Part shown: in pieces, positions 17,097 through 27,199 of the stretch
How the letters are laid out: every line of letters starts with the position of its first letter
Numbering within the stretch: the first letter of the stretch is position 1
From: Methanomassiliicoccaceae archaeon
Lineage (GTDB): Archaea; Thermoplasmatota; Thermoplasmata; Methanomassiliicoccales; Methanomassiliicoccaceae
Assembly: GCA_040776945.1 (NCBI GenBank)
Contig: JAXGZN010000002.1
Span: forward strand, 864,001 to 928,000
Length of the DNA stretch: 64,000 bases
Direction of reading: 5' to 3'
Translations under genes and position numbers: made by a program
Notes under the pieces: model-generated
What the model was told of the DNA's origin: nothing
Databases searched by the model: none
Seen by the model: the letters and a program-made list of their open reading frames with translations, nothing else

Positions 17097-18374
17097 CTAT
17101 CGAGGTCGTACCGGCCGCGGCGCCGATGCCGGCCTGGAAGAGGGTTTCCGACCTCCTGGTCGTCCATCCGTCGGACCGCTCCTAGGTCTCTCGGGCCCCC
17201 TGCCGCCGGCCGTTCTTGGCCTTGCCGGAGGCCTGGGGACCTCTGGCTCCGGACGGCGTACCACCTCCAGGTCAAGGGGCTCTATGGGCTTGCCCGTCCT
17301 GCGCTCGATCTCCTTCATCATCCCGCGCTCATTGTCCAGGAAGAAGGAGATAGATGTGCCTTCCGCGCCGGCCCGCCCGGTCCGTCCAATGCGGTGAACG
17401 TAGGTATCGGGGTCCATCGGAGCGTCGTAATTGATCACGAGGTCTACGGCTTCGATGTCCAGACCCCGGGCCGCGACATCGGTGGCCACGAGCACGCTGA
17501 TGCTTCCGTCCCTGAAGCTCTTGATGACCCGCTCCCGCTTGTTCTGGGCCACGTCGCCATGGATCGCATCGGCCCTGTAGTCCCGGGCCTTCAGCTTTTT
17601 AGTGAGCTGATCGACCCTCCGCTTGGTGTGGCAGAACACGATGGTCTTGACCCCTCTCTGGTCCAGGATGGTGCACAGCGCGTCTCGCTTGGTATCCCGG
17701 TCGGTGATGAAGCTGAACTGCCTGGTCAGGTCCAGCACCGGTTCGTCCTTGGAGACCAGTATCTCTTGGGGATCGTTCATCTGCTGCATCGCCAGGTGCT
17801 TGATTTCCGCCGACATGGTGGCGCTGAAGAGAAGGGTCTGCCTGTTCTTCGGCACCTTTGACAGTATGAAGTTGAGGTCCCGGGCAAATCCCATGTCGAG
17901 CATGCGGTCGGCCTCATCCAGCACCACGATCGATATCCTAGATAGGTTCAGGTCCCGGCGCTCGATGAGGTCCCTGGTGCGACCAGGGGTCGCCACCACT
18001 ATGTCCGTTCCCTTCCTGAGCTTGGCCGCCTGCGGTTCGATGCCCACGCCTCCGTAGATCGGGATGCTGGAATGTCCGGTGTGCCGGGAGAGCTTGACAA
18101 GCTCCTCGGAGACCTGGCTTGCCAGCTCCCTCGTGGGAACAAGGACCAGGGCGGAAGGCGTCCTGCTCATCGGCTTGATCCGCTCCAGCAGTATCGATCC
18201 ATAGGCGCCGGTCTTTCCTGTCCCGGTCTGGGCCTGGGCGAACATGTCGCCGCCTCGGAGGCCTACGGGAACCGCGGCCGTCTGGATGGGCGTGGGCTCG
18301 GTCCATCCCATATCGTTCATTGCCCTAACAATCTCGCTGGAGATGCGGAGGTCTGTGAATGTTGTCACTGTCAT
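17097..18374 (-). CDS. DEAD-box RNA helicase
   Basis: PTPIQ, AQTGTGKT, PTRELA, DEAD, SAT, HRIGRTGR; start set at MTVTTF. Confidence 0.95.
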   Translation of the reverse strand: MTVTTFTDLRISSEIVRAMNDMGWTEPTPIQTAAVPVGLRGGDMFAQAQTGTGKTGAYGSILLERIKPMSRTPSALVLVPTRELASQVSEELVKLSRHTGHSSIPIYGGVGIEPQAAKLRKGTDIVVATPGRTRDLIERRDLNLSRISIVVLDEADRMLDMGFARDLNFILSKVPKNRQTLLFSATMSAEIKHLAMQQMNDPQEILVSKDEPVLDLTRQFSFITDRDTKRDALCTILDQRGVKTIVFCHTKRRVDQLTKKLKARDYRADAIHGDVAQNKRERVIKSFRDGSISVLVATDVAARGLDIEAVDLVINYDAPMDPDTYVHRIGRTGRAGAEGTSISFFLDNERGMMKEIERRTGKPIEPLDLEVVRRPEPEVPRPPARPRTAGGRGPERPRSGPTDGRPGGRKPSSRPASAPRPVRPR

Positions 18375-18548
18375 CACCGTGTGTTGAAAAGAAAAACGAG
18401 CTGCCATCAGGCACACGAGTTTGATTTCGACCGATGCTCGCATTGAAAGTATTTTAAGGTTTCCAAGGTCCGGTCATGAGGCGGCATTGGTCGGGCTGGC
18501 GCCAAGACGGGCATGTGCGTCAGGTCGGATGGAAGGGCCATAGCTTGG

Positions 18549-18959
18549 TCAACATGTAGAATGGAGTATGGCCACGTATCGGCGCGTCTCGGCATTCGCC
18601 AGCTCTATGGCCCTGGGGGTCGGAACTATCTTGACCTCGTAGCTGGCCAGTACCTGCTTGGCCCTTGGAGTGATCGGCATCATGCTCTTGAAGCCCGCGC
18701 CGATGATTATTACCTCCGGCCTCTCTGCCTCGAGGAATTCCAGCTCCCACTCCGCCAGAGGTATGTGGAAATAGTCGGTGGCATAGACCTGGTTCAATCT
18801 GGTCCTCTTCTCGGGCGGAGATCCATGGTACCTATCGGTGACGCTTCCATCAGCGTGGATGATAATGTCATGCCCGTACTTCAGGCCGTTTACCGTCAAT
18901 GAGCCGAAAAAACCATCGATCCGGGGGCGAGCGCTTTCTGCCACGGCAGATACCAACAT
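18549..18959 (-). CDS. Mth938/DUF498-like protein
   Basis: FGSLTVNG...DIII, PEVIIIGAG, PTPRAI, AILHSTC. Confidence 0.8.
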   Translation of the reverse strand: MLVSAVAESARPRIDGFFGSLTVNGLKYGHDIIIHADGSVTDRYHGSPPEKRTRLNQVYATDYFHIPLAEWELEFLEAERPEVIIIGAGFKSMMPITPRAKQVLASYEVKIVPTPRAIELANAETRRYVAILHSTC

Positions 18960-19117
18960 TGGTCTGCGTATAAAACATTGCTCCACTGGCGACCAAAGGA
19001 TGGCGAACGGCCTGCCAGGCCGTCCCCTGCGATGCATCCGGCATTTTCTCCATGGTTCAGGCGAAGCCGATATATGCTAGGGTGCTCCTACTGAGGCAAA
19101 AGGAGGGTCAAATCACC

Positions 19118-19765
19118 ATGGCCGATACGAACACAGGCATACCGCTGTTGGGGGACAAGTTTCCGGAGATGAACGTTCAAACAACCCACGGGACGATGTC
19201 CTTGCCCGGCGATCTGGCAGGGAAGTGGTTCGTGCTGTTCTCTCACCCGGGCGACTTCACTCCGGTCTGCACCACCGAGTTCTATGCTTTCGCCAAGAAG
19301 AACGAGGAGTTCAAGAAGCTGAACACCGAGCTCATCGGGCTTTCCATCGATCAGGTTCAATCCCACATAAAATGGGTGGAGTGGATCAACGACAACCTTC
19401 ACGTAAAGATCCCGTTCCCGGTCATCGCCGACGGGGTGGGAGTGGTCGCCATGAAGCTTGGGATGCTCCATCCTGGTAAGGGCTCCAACACCGTTCGCTC
19501 CGTGTTCATCGTCGATGACAAGGGGTTCGTCCGGCTGATGATCTACTATCCCCAGGAGATCGGCCGGAGCGTGGACGAGGTGCTCAGGGCGCTGAAGGCT
19601 CTGCAGATATCTGACAAGCACAACGTGGCCCTGCCCGAGAACTGGCCCCAGAACGAGCTGCTGAAAGACAGGGCGATCCTCAAGCCTGCCGCCGACGAGA
19701 AGACCGCCGAGGAGCGCAAGAAGCTCGACTGCTACGATTGGTGGTTCTGTCACAAGAAGCTCTGA
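19118..19765 (+). CDS. Peroxiredoxin (archaeal Prx6 type)
   Basis: [28 protein letters not shown]; GGAGG RBS. Confidence 0.95.
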   Translation: MADTNTGIPLLGDKFPEMNVQTTHGTMSLPGDLAGKWFVLFSHPGDFTPVCTTEFYAFAKKNEEFKKLNTELIGLSIDQVQSHIKWVEWINDNLHVKIPFPVIADGVGVVAMKLGMLHPGKGSNTVRSVFIVDDKGFVRLMIYYPQEIGRSVDEVLRALKALQISDKHNVALPENWPQNELLKDRAILKPAADEKTAEERKKLDCYDWWFCHKKL

Positions 19766-20239
19766 GATCGATGCCGATCTCTAATCGAGGCCTCCTGGCC
19801 TCTCTTTCCTTTTCTTCATCTACAGTGTTCAAATGGTCCTGATGTTCCTCGAAGAGCGCTGCGAGAACACGATGGGGCCGATGTACCGTCCCTGCCAACA
19901 GACCGCCCGGACGCTCTCTCTGAAGAACTGCATTGAAGGTCAGGCGGCGAAGAGGTCCGTGGTCGCTCAACGTTCATCGAACCTGCACTAGGCCGATCCT
20001 GCCGAGCGACGGTCCGTCTGATTTGTTATCAGAGCGGATCACATATCGGCAAGGGCCGTTCTGGCACATCTTCATATATAGTCACGACCGCATATTATGG
20101 CTCATAGAGGACGACGCATGATGGGGGCTAAAACGCCCAAGTTTGAACGGGCGAAGAGAGCTTTGCGTAATGATCTCACTGGCTTTATCATCACCGACCG
20201 GCCGACAAGGGACCGGAAGGACCTTGATGCGGATAGGCG

Positions 20240-21154
20240 GTGACCATGTTCAGCGCCGATGAGCTGGGCCTATTGGCCTATCTGAACGATAATGCTCTGA
20301 TATCCACGAACCGTAACTTGCAGATGCACTCGCCTGACACCGTGGCAAGTGCTATCGACCGATACCTCCGCGGAGGCGGTGCGGGAGACCGCCTTGAGGA
20401 GGACCGTCTTTTGGCACGCCTTGGTGATATGCATATCGGAAAAGATATCCTCGCCCGTACCACAAAGAGGGTCCGTGAACACCTGGAAAGAGGATCACGG
20501 ATCGTTACCTACTGGGACACCTCGTATCCTCGCAACCTTCGTTTCTTCCCCGACCCGCCCCTGATGATGTTCGTAGAAGGCGGCTCGTTCCCTGGAAGGG
20601 ACCATACTGCAGTCGTCGGGACCGTTCATCCATCCAGGGCCGGAAGCGACCTTGCATATGAGTATGGAGCTCGCATGGCCCGAAAGGGACGTACTGTGGT
20701 CAGCGGGTTGGCGAGAGGCATCGACGCCCAGGTACTGGAAGGGTCTCTAGGCTCGAACGGGGCGCCGATAGCGGTGCTGGGAGCGCCCCTAACCGACGAC
20801 CTCTCCGAGGAGCTGAAAGGGCTCAGGTCCGAGATCGCTCGGAACGGCGCGTTGGTCAGCGAGGTGACCGAGGAGGCGTGCCTTCACCCAGGACGCCTGA
20901 TGCAGCGGAATAGGACCATCTTGGGAATGGCCAGGAGCGTGGTGGTCATCGAGTCGACGGCCGTCGGTTCGATCCCCAGGATGGTCGATCTCATGCTCCG
21001 GCAAGGCCGCAGAGCATACATCGTTCATCAGTCGAAGTTCGAAAATCCTGACCATGATGCGGGGTTCAGAAGGCTGAGGAACATGGGCGCTATCCCCGTC
21101 TCTTGTCCAGAGGACGTGTTCGCCCAGGAAGGGCGGCAGGACAGATTGTTCTGA
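20240..21154 (+). CDS. DprA/Smf-family protein
   Basis: YPRNL...PPL, AVVGT, VVSGLARGID, QRNR, VVIES. Confidence 0.8.
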   Translation: MTMFSADELGLLAYLNDNALISTNRNLQMHSPDTVASAIDRYLRGGGAGDRLEEDRLLARLGDMHIGKDILARTTKRVREHLERGSRIVTYWDTSYPRNLRFFPDPPLMMFVEGGSFPGRDHTAVVGTVHPSRAGSDLAYEYGARMARKGRTVVSGLARGIDAQVLEGSLGSNGAPIAVLGAPLTDDLSEELKGLRSEIARNGALVSEVTEEACLHPGRLMQRNRTILGMARSVVVIESTAVGSIPRMVDLMLRQGRRAYIVHQSKFENPDHDAGFRRLRNMGAIPVSCPEDVFAQEGRQDRLF

Positions 21155-21187
21155 ACGCCGTGAATAGGATGCGGCGGCCGCCCGGCC

Positions 21188-21352
21188 TCAGCTCGATGGG
21201 GGTTTGGGGGTCCAGTGGTCGAAAATGCCGCCGCGTCGAGTGCAGTCCTCACACTCCTTGGCGTCCTCCCACTCCGTCTTTCCGTGCTCATAAAAATGCT
21301 TGCAGTTAGGGCATATCCGTTCCATTGAGATGTCTGAGGCCTGTTCGTTCAT
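21188..21352 (-). CDS. Small Cys-rich (CxxC...CxxC) protein
   Basis: CPNC...CEDC, GGAGG/GGTG RBS upstream. Confidence 0.5.
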   Translation of the reverse strand: MNEQASDISMERICPNCKHFYEHGKTEWEDAKECEDCTRRGGIFDHWTPKPPSS

Positions 21353-21521
21353 CGGACCACCTTCCTCCAATGTCACTGTCCTCCTTAATGACTTGCGTTG
21401 TTAAAGGCTCGGCGAACGGTCCAAGAGACCCCGCCGGTCTGACCGAAACAACTCTGAGCGGCACGCCATAGGGTCGCCTGGCAGGCCGCCGGCATTCGAG
21501 GTGATGGCTCTAAGACAGCGT

Positions 21522-22454
21522 TCAATCTTCCGGCCACCGGCCTCCGTCATCTTCCGATCTCGCTTCCCGGGTGACGACATTGCGGCATCTAGTCTGGTCC
21601 TCTATGCGAATGCTTGGGACTATATCGGGGATGGCGGCCTTAAGGTCCTCCTCGATCTTGGTGACGATCCTCTGCCCTTCTGACACGGTGACGTTGCCCT
21701 CGAGGCAAAGATGCACCTCCATGAATATGCTCTTGCCCGACCTCCTCGTCTTAAGATCGTGATACTCCAGATAGCCCTCGCCCCTCTCGAGGATGTCGAT
21801 GATCGTCTTCTCCTCCTCATGAGCGGAGGAGTCCATCAGATCGTGGGACGTTCTTCGGAGAACCTCGATACCCATCCTTATAAGGAGCGCGGCCACCACG
21901 AGCGCTATCAGCGGGTCCAGGATGTAGAGGCCGGTGACGCTGGCGACGAAGAGGCCGGCCACGACCCCCACTGATGATATGACGTCAGAGAACAGATGCT
22001 TGGCATCCCCTTCCAGGGCCATCGAGCGTTCAGATCTAGCCACATTCATCATGATCGCGGCGAGGATGCCGTTGATCGACGTTGCCGCCAGCGATATCAT
22101 CATTCCGAGGTCCACGTTCTCCAGCTCGATGGGTTCGAGCAATCGGCCGGCGGTCGCCTGGATTATCAGAATGGCCGCGATGATGATAAGGATGCCTTCT
22201 ATGAGGGCGGATATGTTCTCGGCCTTTTGATGCCCGTACCTGTGCTCGACATCCTCCGGCCGGGACGAGATGATGAGAGCCGTGAACATCATCACCGAGG
22301 CGACGATGTTGATGATCGACTCCATTGCATCGGAGAGAAGGGCCACGGAGCCGGATTCCATGAAGGCCAGCACCTTCAGTAGGAAGACGATGGTCCCTAC
22401 GGCGATGGCCAAGACCGCTAGCCTGCTCTTATCCACATGCTTACATGGCAACAA
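21522..22454 (-). CDS. Cation diffusion facilitator (FieF-like) transporter
   Basis: SVALLSDAMES, HRYGHQKAE, HLFSD, LDP, HDLKTRRSG. Confidence 0.92.
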   Translation of the reverse strand: MLPCKHVDKSRLAVLAIAVGTIVFLLKVLAFMESGSVALLSDAMESIINIVASVMMFTALIISSRPEDVEHRYGHQKAENISALIEGILIIIAAILIIQATAGRLLEPIELENVDLGMMISLAATSINGILAAIMMNVARSERSMALEGDAKHLFSDVISSVGVVAGLFVASVTGLYILDPLIALVVAALLIRMGIEVLRRTSHDLMDSSAHEEEKTIIDILERGEGYLEYHDLKTRRSGKSIFMEVHLCLEGNVTVSEGQRIVTKIEEDLKAAIPDIVPSIRIEDQTRCRNVVTREARSEDDGGRWPED

Positions 22455-22601
22455 CGGATATTGGTTTTGTCATCCGTTGGCAGGAGGCGACGCCGCATGG
22501 ACGTGGGGCCTCTTGCGGGACCGGTCCTGTCTCACGAGGGCCGATGATGGCCGTCTACATTCTTGCTCAGTTTTAATTTCGCAGAGAGCGTTGATGATGC
22601 T

Positions 22602-22832
22602 GTGAACGAGCCGCACAACTGGTTCAGAACTTCGGCCAAGCGAGCCCCCACCGATCTGGAAGCGTTCAATACAGGTCTCCTCGATAAAGGTAAGGTGGCC
22701 GAGTACACCTGCGTGATACTTGATAGAAGCTGCAGGTACGAGCCCAAGACCGGAGCTGGCGATTGCAGAAGATGCAATTTTGCGCTGGTCCACCTCATGG
22801 AGAACCCCGGGCAGTGGAGGGAGAGAGCGTAA
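22602..22832 (+). CDS. Small Cys-containing hypothetical protein
   Basis: C-x6-C...CRRC pattern; fills the gap after an AT-rich TATA-like stretch. Confidence 0.5.
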   Translation: MNEPHNWFRTSAKRAPTDLEAFNTGLLDKGKVAEYTCVILDRSCRYEPKTGAGDCRRCNFALVHLMENPGQWRERA

Positions 22833-22871
22833 TAGAAATGAGCTGGCTCTTGGCGTTCCGCTCTGGCCTCA

Positions 22872-24803
22872 TTAGGAGGCGCCCATCTCTCTCCTGTGGC
22901 GTAGCTTGATCTCGGCCGGGAGCAGATCGAAGAAAGCCCCGAAGCGGTCGTAGGAGGCGAAGTTCGCGACATCGGTACCGCTGTCCACTTGGGAGACCAT
23001 CACCCGACCGTTCAGCTTCTTGCGGACCATCCAGGCCTGTCCGCCGAGGACGAAGATGTTGTCGATCGGCAGAGCGATGTTTCCGATAGGTTGTCCGGAA
23101 TCGGCTTCCACGACCTCTATGCTCTCCGACCCGGGTATGTTGGAGTGCACCTTGGGGCCGAATTCTCTCGCCCTCTTCCCTATGGACCAGCGGCCGTTAT
23201 TGTCCTGCTCGATCCATCCTCCGTCGTGAAGGTGCTCCCATACGGCCCTCACTTCTTCGGCCGGCATGAGGCCGCAAAACAGCCCCTGGACCTCACTGGC
23301 CTTCGCTCCTGCCGGTCCGGACAGGCTGGAGAGTACCTGTTGGACCACCACGGAAGGGTCAAAGGACCGTTCCTCGCTGGCATATTTGGAGCGGGCGATG
23401 GCCTCGAACACCTTTTCGTAGTAAGCGGCCTCCCCCGCGGACCTTGCCACTGCGACCGTGTTGATCCTCTCCTCACGACGGTTCGCACGTCCGATCCTCT
23501 GTGCAATGGACGCTACCGAACGCGGGCGATTGGCCAGTATGACCATGTCTATATCGCCTATGTCCACTCCGACCTCCAAGGTGGAGGTGCATGCACACAC
23601 GACCTTGGCCTCCGAGCGTAGCGCCCTTTCGGCCTCCGCACGCTTGGGCACCTGCAGCTTTCCATGGTGGACCTTGAGCACGCTGGGCGGGAACCACTGC
23701 CTCAGCTCGCCATTGGCCAGCGTCTCCGCCTCCTCAGGCGTGTTGCAGAAGACAAGGCACTTTTTCAGCTCTTTCTCCCTGAACGCCCTTGCGGCCTTCT
23801 CAAGACTGGGTACGATCTGATAGTCTATGTCCCTGCCACCAGGCGAGCTCACTATGATGGGCGATGACATGTACCGCAATGCCAACCCCATTGGGTCGCT
23901 CACCGTCGCCGATGCCCCATATATCGATACCGGGTTGTTGGAGAGGGCCTCAATGCGCCTGAGAAGTATCCTGAGCTGGTCTCCGCGATATGATCCGTCG
24001 ACCATATGGAGCTCGTCGAGCACTATCGCTCGAACGTCCTTCAACAGTGCAGGCATGCGCGACACCATCGAGTCCAGGCTCTCAGGGGTGGTCACCAACA
24101 CGTCCTGGGGGTTCGTGCGGTCGAGTTCCTTTATGTCCCCGCTGCGTAACGCCGCCTTGATGCCCAGAGGCGTAAGCATGCTCTCCAGTCGGCCCCTTAT
24201 GTCCGAGGCCAGGGCCCTGGTCGGAGATATGTAGATTATCGATGTTCCCTGCCATCCCTCCATTATCAGGCGCTGGGTCAGGGGAGCGAATACCGCCTCG
24301 GTCTTTCCGCCCGCGGTGGATGAGATTATGAGGGCATTGCTTCCCCCGAGGACCACTGGAACGGCAAGGCGCTGGACCTCTCTGAGGTTATCGAACCGGC
24401 CATAGAACGGGCCCCATACCAGAGGGAGCATCTTTTTTATCAGGGCATCGGCCTGAGCGTCGGCAACCTCTTCCTTAGTTACCTCCACTGAGCGCTTCAC
24501 CTCGATCGGCGGAGACGGGGCGGTGATCTCGCGTTTAGGCGCTGGCCTTGGAGCTTCCTGATGGACCTTCGATCTGGACCGTTGGGCCATGCTTTCGTGA
24601 TAGTGTGCTTTCTGCTCGATCCCCCTCTTGCGGTATATCCTGCCGAGCTGGACGTGCGACTCGTAGTGGGTTGGATGAGCCCGCAAAGCGCTCTCATACT
24701 TCTTAACCGCGTCATCCGTCCGTCCGATGACCTCGGAGTGGAAGCCCATTCGGAAGAGCGCGTCGGCCTTGTTCCTTTGATATGCGTCCTTGTCGTATCC
24801 CAT
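22872..24803 (-). CDS. Lhr-like SF2 DExH helicase with N-terminal TPR-like segment
   Basis: STAGGKTEA, TTPESLD, DELH, SAT, HHG, TSTLEVGVDIG, QRIGRANR; TPR-like N-terminus; TATA-like TTTAAGTA about 30 nt upstream of ATG 24803. Confidence 0.85.
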   Translation of the reverse strand: MGYDKDAYQRNKADALFRMGFHSEVIGRTDDAVKKYESALRAHPTHYESHVQLGRIYRKRGIEQKAHYHESMAQRSRSKVHQEAPRPAPKREITAPSPPIEVKRSVEVTKEEVADAQADALIKKMLPLVWGPFYGRFDNLREVQRLAVPVVLGGSNALIISSTAGGKTEAVFAPLTQRLIMEGWQGTSIIYISPTRALASDIRGRLESMLTPLGIKAALRSGDIKELDRTNPQDVLVTTPESLDSMVSRMPALLKDVRAIVLDELHMVDGSYRGDQLRILLRRIEALSNNPVSIYGASATVSDPMGLALRYMSSPIIVSSPGGRDIDYQIVPSLEKAARAFREKELKKCLVFCNTPEEAETLANGELRQWFPPSVLKVHHGKLQVPKRAEAERALRSEAKVVCACTSTLEVGVDIGDIDMVILANRPRSVASIAQRIGRANRREERINTVAVARSAGEAAYYEKVFEAIARSKYASEERSFDPSVVVQQVLSSLSGPAGAKASEVQGLFCGLMPAEEVRAVWEHLHDGGWIEQDNNGRWSIGKRAREFGPKVHSNIPGSESIEVVEADSGQPIGNIALPIDNIFVLGGQAWMVRKKLNGRVMVSQVDSGTDVANFASYDRFGAFFDLLPAEIKLRHRREMGAS

Positions 24804-24915
24804 CTTAGACGCTCTCCCTACAAAATCTGGGTACTTAAATGGGGAGGGGGAGGTGGCCGAATATCCGCCGGTCGCGTCCATGCGCTCTTCGGATGATATG
24901 CGGCAGCTTCCGGTT

Positions 24916-25045
24916 TGGTAGCGACAGGTGAGACCTGGAGGAGGAACCAGTGCGCCTGAGCAACTTAGGCAGAATCTTGGATGGCGGTCCTCACCTGTCG
25001 CCGTTACTTATTGGGGCAGGATCCAACGCTTCGAGTTGGATGATA
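24916..25045 (-). ncRNA. Candidate structured small RNA
   Basis: 12-bp perfect stem 24921-24932/24990-25001 encloses two hairpins; minus-strand TTAAATA box at about 25072-25078. Confidence 0.4.
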
Positions 25046-25054
25046 CCTCCAACT
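25034..25054. promoter_or_regulatory. Palindromic operator copy 1 (AGTTGGA-N7-TCCAACT)
   Basis: 18/21 identical to the copy at 26387-26407. Confidence 0.6.
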
Positions 25055-25198
25055 AAGCATGGGGCAGTGTGTATTTAAGCATTCTGTTCTTTAAGGACCG
25101 CTCATCCTAGCTGGGCTCGATGCCTCTTCATCGGCCTGTTCCGTGGGCATTATCATCGATATTCAATCGTGAGGCCCGGGCCGTAATGGTTAATAGTC

Positions 25199-25663
25199 AT
25201 GACGGGGTCGAAGGCGTGGATGGTCAAAGCTAGGCAGTGCCCTGAATGCGACGCCTTGGTCATGTTGAACAAGAGGTACTGCCCGGAGTGCCACGCCACG
25301 GTGAATCCGCGCGCACCGGAGGACCCTGTCGTCCAGATCAAGGAAGCATCGGCCTTCGGTACCGTGCTCTTGCTCAGCCTCGCATCCATGGCCCTGTTCT
25401 TCAGCTTCGCTTTCTTGCTCCCGGCCGTTCTCTCCGAACCGGGTTTCATATTGGTCTCCGCTGTGCTCTTCTGCATTGGGATCGCACTGGTCGCTGGCGC
25501 CTGGGCCGTCAAGATCAAGGCCAAGAGGCGGATTGCCGCACTGATGAAAGCTATGCACGTTATGTGTGAGTACTGCGGAAGCGTCAATGATCGTGATCGA
25601 CATCGGTGCGCCTCTTGCGGTGCCCCCCTGGCAGAACCGCCCGTCAACGCTGTTCTGAAATGA
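25199..25663 (+). CDS. Two-TM membrane protein with N- and C-terminal double zinc ribbons
   Basis: CPEC..CPEC, two hydrophobic helices, CEYC..CASC. Confidence 0.75.
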   Translation: MTGSKAWMVKARQCPECDALVMLNKRYCPECHATVNPRAPEDPVVQIKEASAFGTVLLLSLASMALFFSFAFLLPAVLSEPGFILVSAVLFCIGIALVAGAWAVKIKAKRRIAALMKAMHVMCEYCGSVNDRDRHRCASCGAPLAEPPVNAVLK

Positions 25664-25932
25664 TGGCCTTCCAACGGCCATATGGGGCCGGTCCATCCCT
25701 GGTGGCGCCAGAGGCCCCGAGTCCGCGAGGATGCGGCCCATTTGATGTTCAGGGCCGCAACGCCCTTCTTTTCGCTTGTCGACGGGTAAAAGGAACTTGG
25801 TAATCGCCCAGCTTACACGGCCCACTATGGGTCCATGGCCCCTGGACCCGGCATGGGGGGAAAAGGCAGTTCTCGAACGCGAAAGCAGGTGGGGACCAAG
25901 GTTATTTGAGTATCAGTAATCATTATCATTCG

Positions 25933-26325
25933 ATGTCCTCGAACATCAAGAGGTGGACGAAGCAGCTCAAGACCATCGTGGACATTGTCTACCTGAGCAA
26001 CGTTCATCTTACTGCCGACGAGATATATTTCGAGGCCAGGAAGAGCTTGCCGAACATTAGCCTGGGCACGGTTTATAGGAACCTGAACAAACTGAAGTCC
26101 CAGGGCATGATCTCAGAGGTGCCTAAGGGACAACTGAGCACCTTCGCTAAGCATCCCGATACGAACGCCCATTTCGAGTGCATCGTCTGCCACCGCCTTT
26201 ACTGCATACCTTATGACATGAGCCTGTACGACCTGTCCCGCAAGTGCGGGTTCCAGGTCCACCGATGCTCTCTCAGTATGAGCGGGATCTGCAAGGAGTG
26301 TGAGGAGAATGGCGCTGAGATGTGA
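25933..26325 (+). CDS. Fur/PerR-family transcriptional regulator
   Basis: HLTADEIY, ISLGTVYRNL, HFECIVC, GICKEC. Confidence 0.9.
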   Translation: MSSNIKRWTKQLKTIVDIVYLSNVHLTADEIYFEARKSLPNISLGTVYRNLNKLKSQGMISEVPKGQLSTFAKHPDTNAHFECIVCHRLYCIPYDMSLYDLSRKCGFQVHRCSLSMSGICKECEENGAEM

Positions 26326-26386
26326 GCGAGGAAGTCTTTTTTTTGTTAAGGATAGTATTATTAGTAATATTTATCATTATCACATC

Positions 26387-26407
26387 AGTTGGATTATACA
26401 TCCAATT
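26387..26407. promoter_or_regulatory. Palindromic operator copy 2 in cbiM promoter
   Basis: AGTTGGATTATACATCCAATT inside the AT-rich region upstream of cbiM. Confidence 0.6.
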
Positions 26408-26503
26408 AATTCCAACGCAGATATCGGAGGAGAGAGAGGAACTATCGAGGGAGGAAAGTGAGATGTCTTACAAAGGACCAATGGACGGATGCGGAGGCAT
26501 GGT

Positions 26504-27199
26504 ATGCACATAATGGAAGGTTTCCTTCCGGTCGAATGGGCGTTGTTTTGGTTCGCCCTTTCGATACCGGTGGTGATATGGGGGTTCGTTAGGATACGGA
26601 AACTGTTCGCGGAGCAGCCGGAGATGAAGATGTCAGTGGCCCTGGCCGGCGCCTTCATCTTCGTTCTCTCATCACTTAAGCTGCCGTCGGTTACCGGGTC
26701 CTCGTCCCATCCAACAGGGACCGGCGCTTCCACCATCCTGCATGGGGTCGCGATCACTTCTGTCCTGGCCACGATCGTTCTGATCTTCCAGGCGCTGCTC
26801 TTGGCCCATGGCGGGATAACCACGCTGGGGGCCAACATCTTCTCCATGGGGATCGCCGGACCTTTGATCGGATGGATGGCATACAAGGGCATGAACAAGG
26901 TCAGGATGGGGCTGGTCCCCACTGTGTTCGTGACCGCGTTCCTGGCGAACCTGGCAACGTACATCGTTACCGCGCTACAGCTTGCTTTGGCCTACCCCAC
27001 CGACGGGAACGCCATGACCTCGTTCATCACCTTCTTCGGCATCTTCGCCGTCACTCAGATACCTTTGGCGGTCGTCGAGGGCGTGCTGTTCGTGATGTTC
27101 TTCGATTACTTGGCAAGGGCCCGGCCGGACCTTCTCAAGGGCAAGTTGATTATCAAGGATAGGGCCGCTGAGGTCGCAGGCGCGGCAGTGGAGGGATGA
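26504..27199 (+). CDS. cbiM: Cobalt ECF transporter substrate component
   Basis: [10 protein letters not shown]-terminus, [19 protein letters not shown]. Confidence 0.95.
   Translation: MHIMEGFLPVEWALFWFALSIPVVIWGFVRIRKLFAEQPEMKMSVALAGAFIFVLSSLKLPSVTGSSSHPTGTGASTILHGVAITSVLATIVLIFQALLLAHGGITTLGANIFSMGIAGPLIGWMAYKGMNKVRMGLVPTVFVTAFLANLATYIVTALQLALAYPTDGNAMTSFITFFGIFAVTQIPLAVVEGVLFVMFFDYLARARPDLLKGKLIIKDRAAEVAGAAVEG

Noticed and set aside
25780-25900. Cobalamin-riboswitch-like words (AAAAGGAA, CCCACT, GGGAAAAGGC) and a GGGTCCA/TGGACCC hairpin upstream of fur-cbiM
   Set aside because: Core spacing and B12 box do not fit the consensus, and it lies upstream of the apparent promoter. An Rfam scan would settle it.
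26322-26513. 63-aa hydrophobic ORF between fur and cbiM
   Set aside because: Its hydrophobicity comes from the AT-rich promoter/operator sequence it spans.
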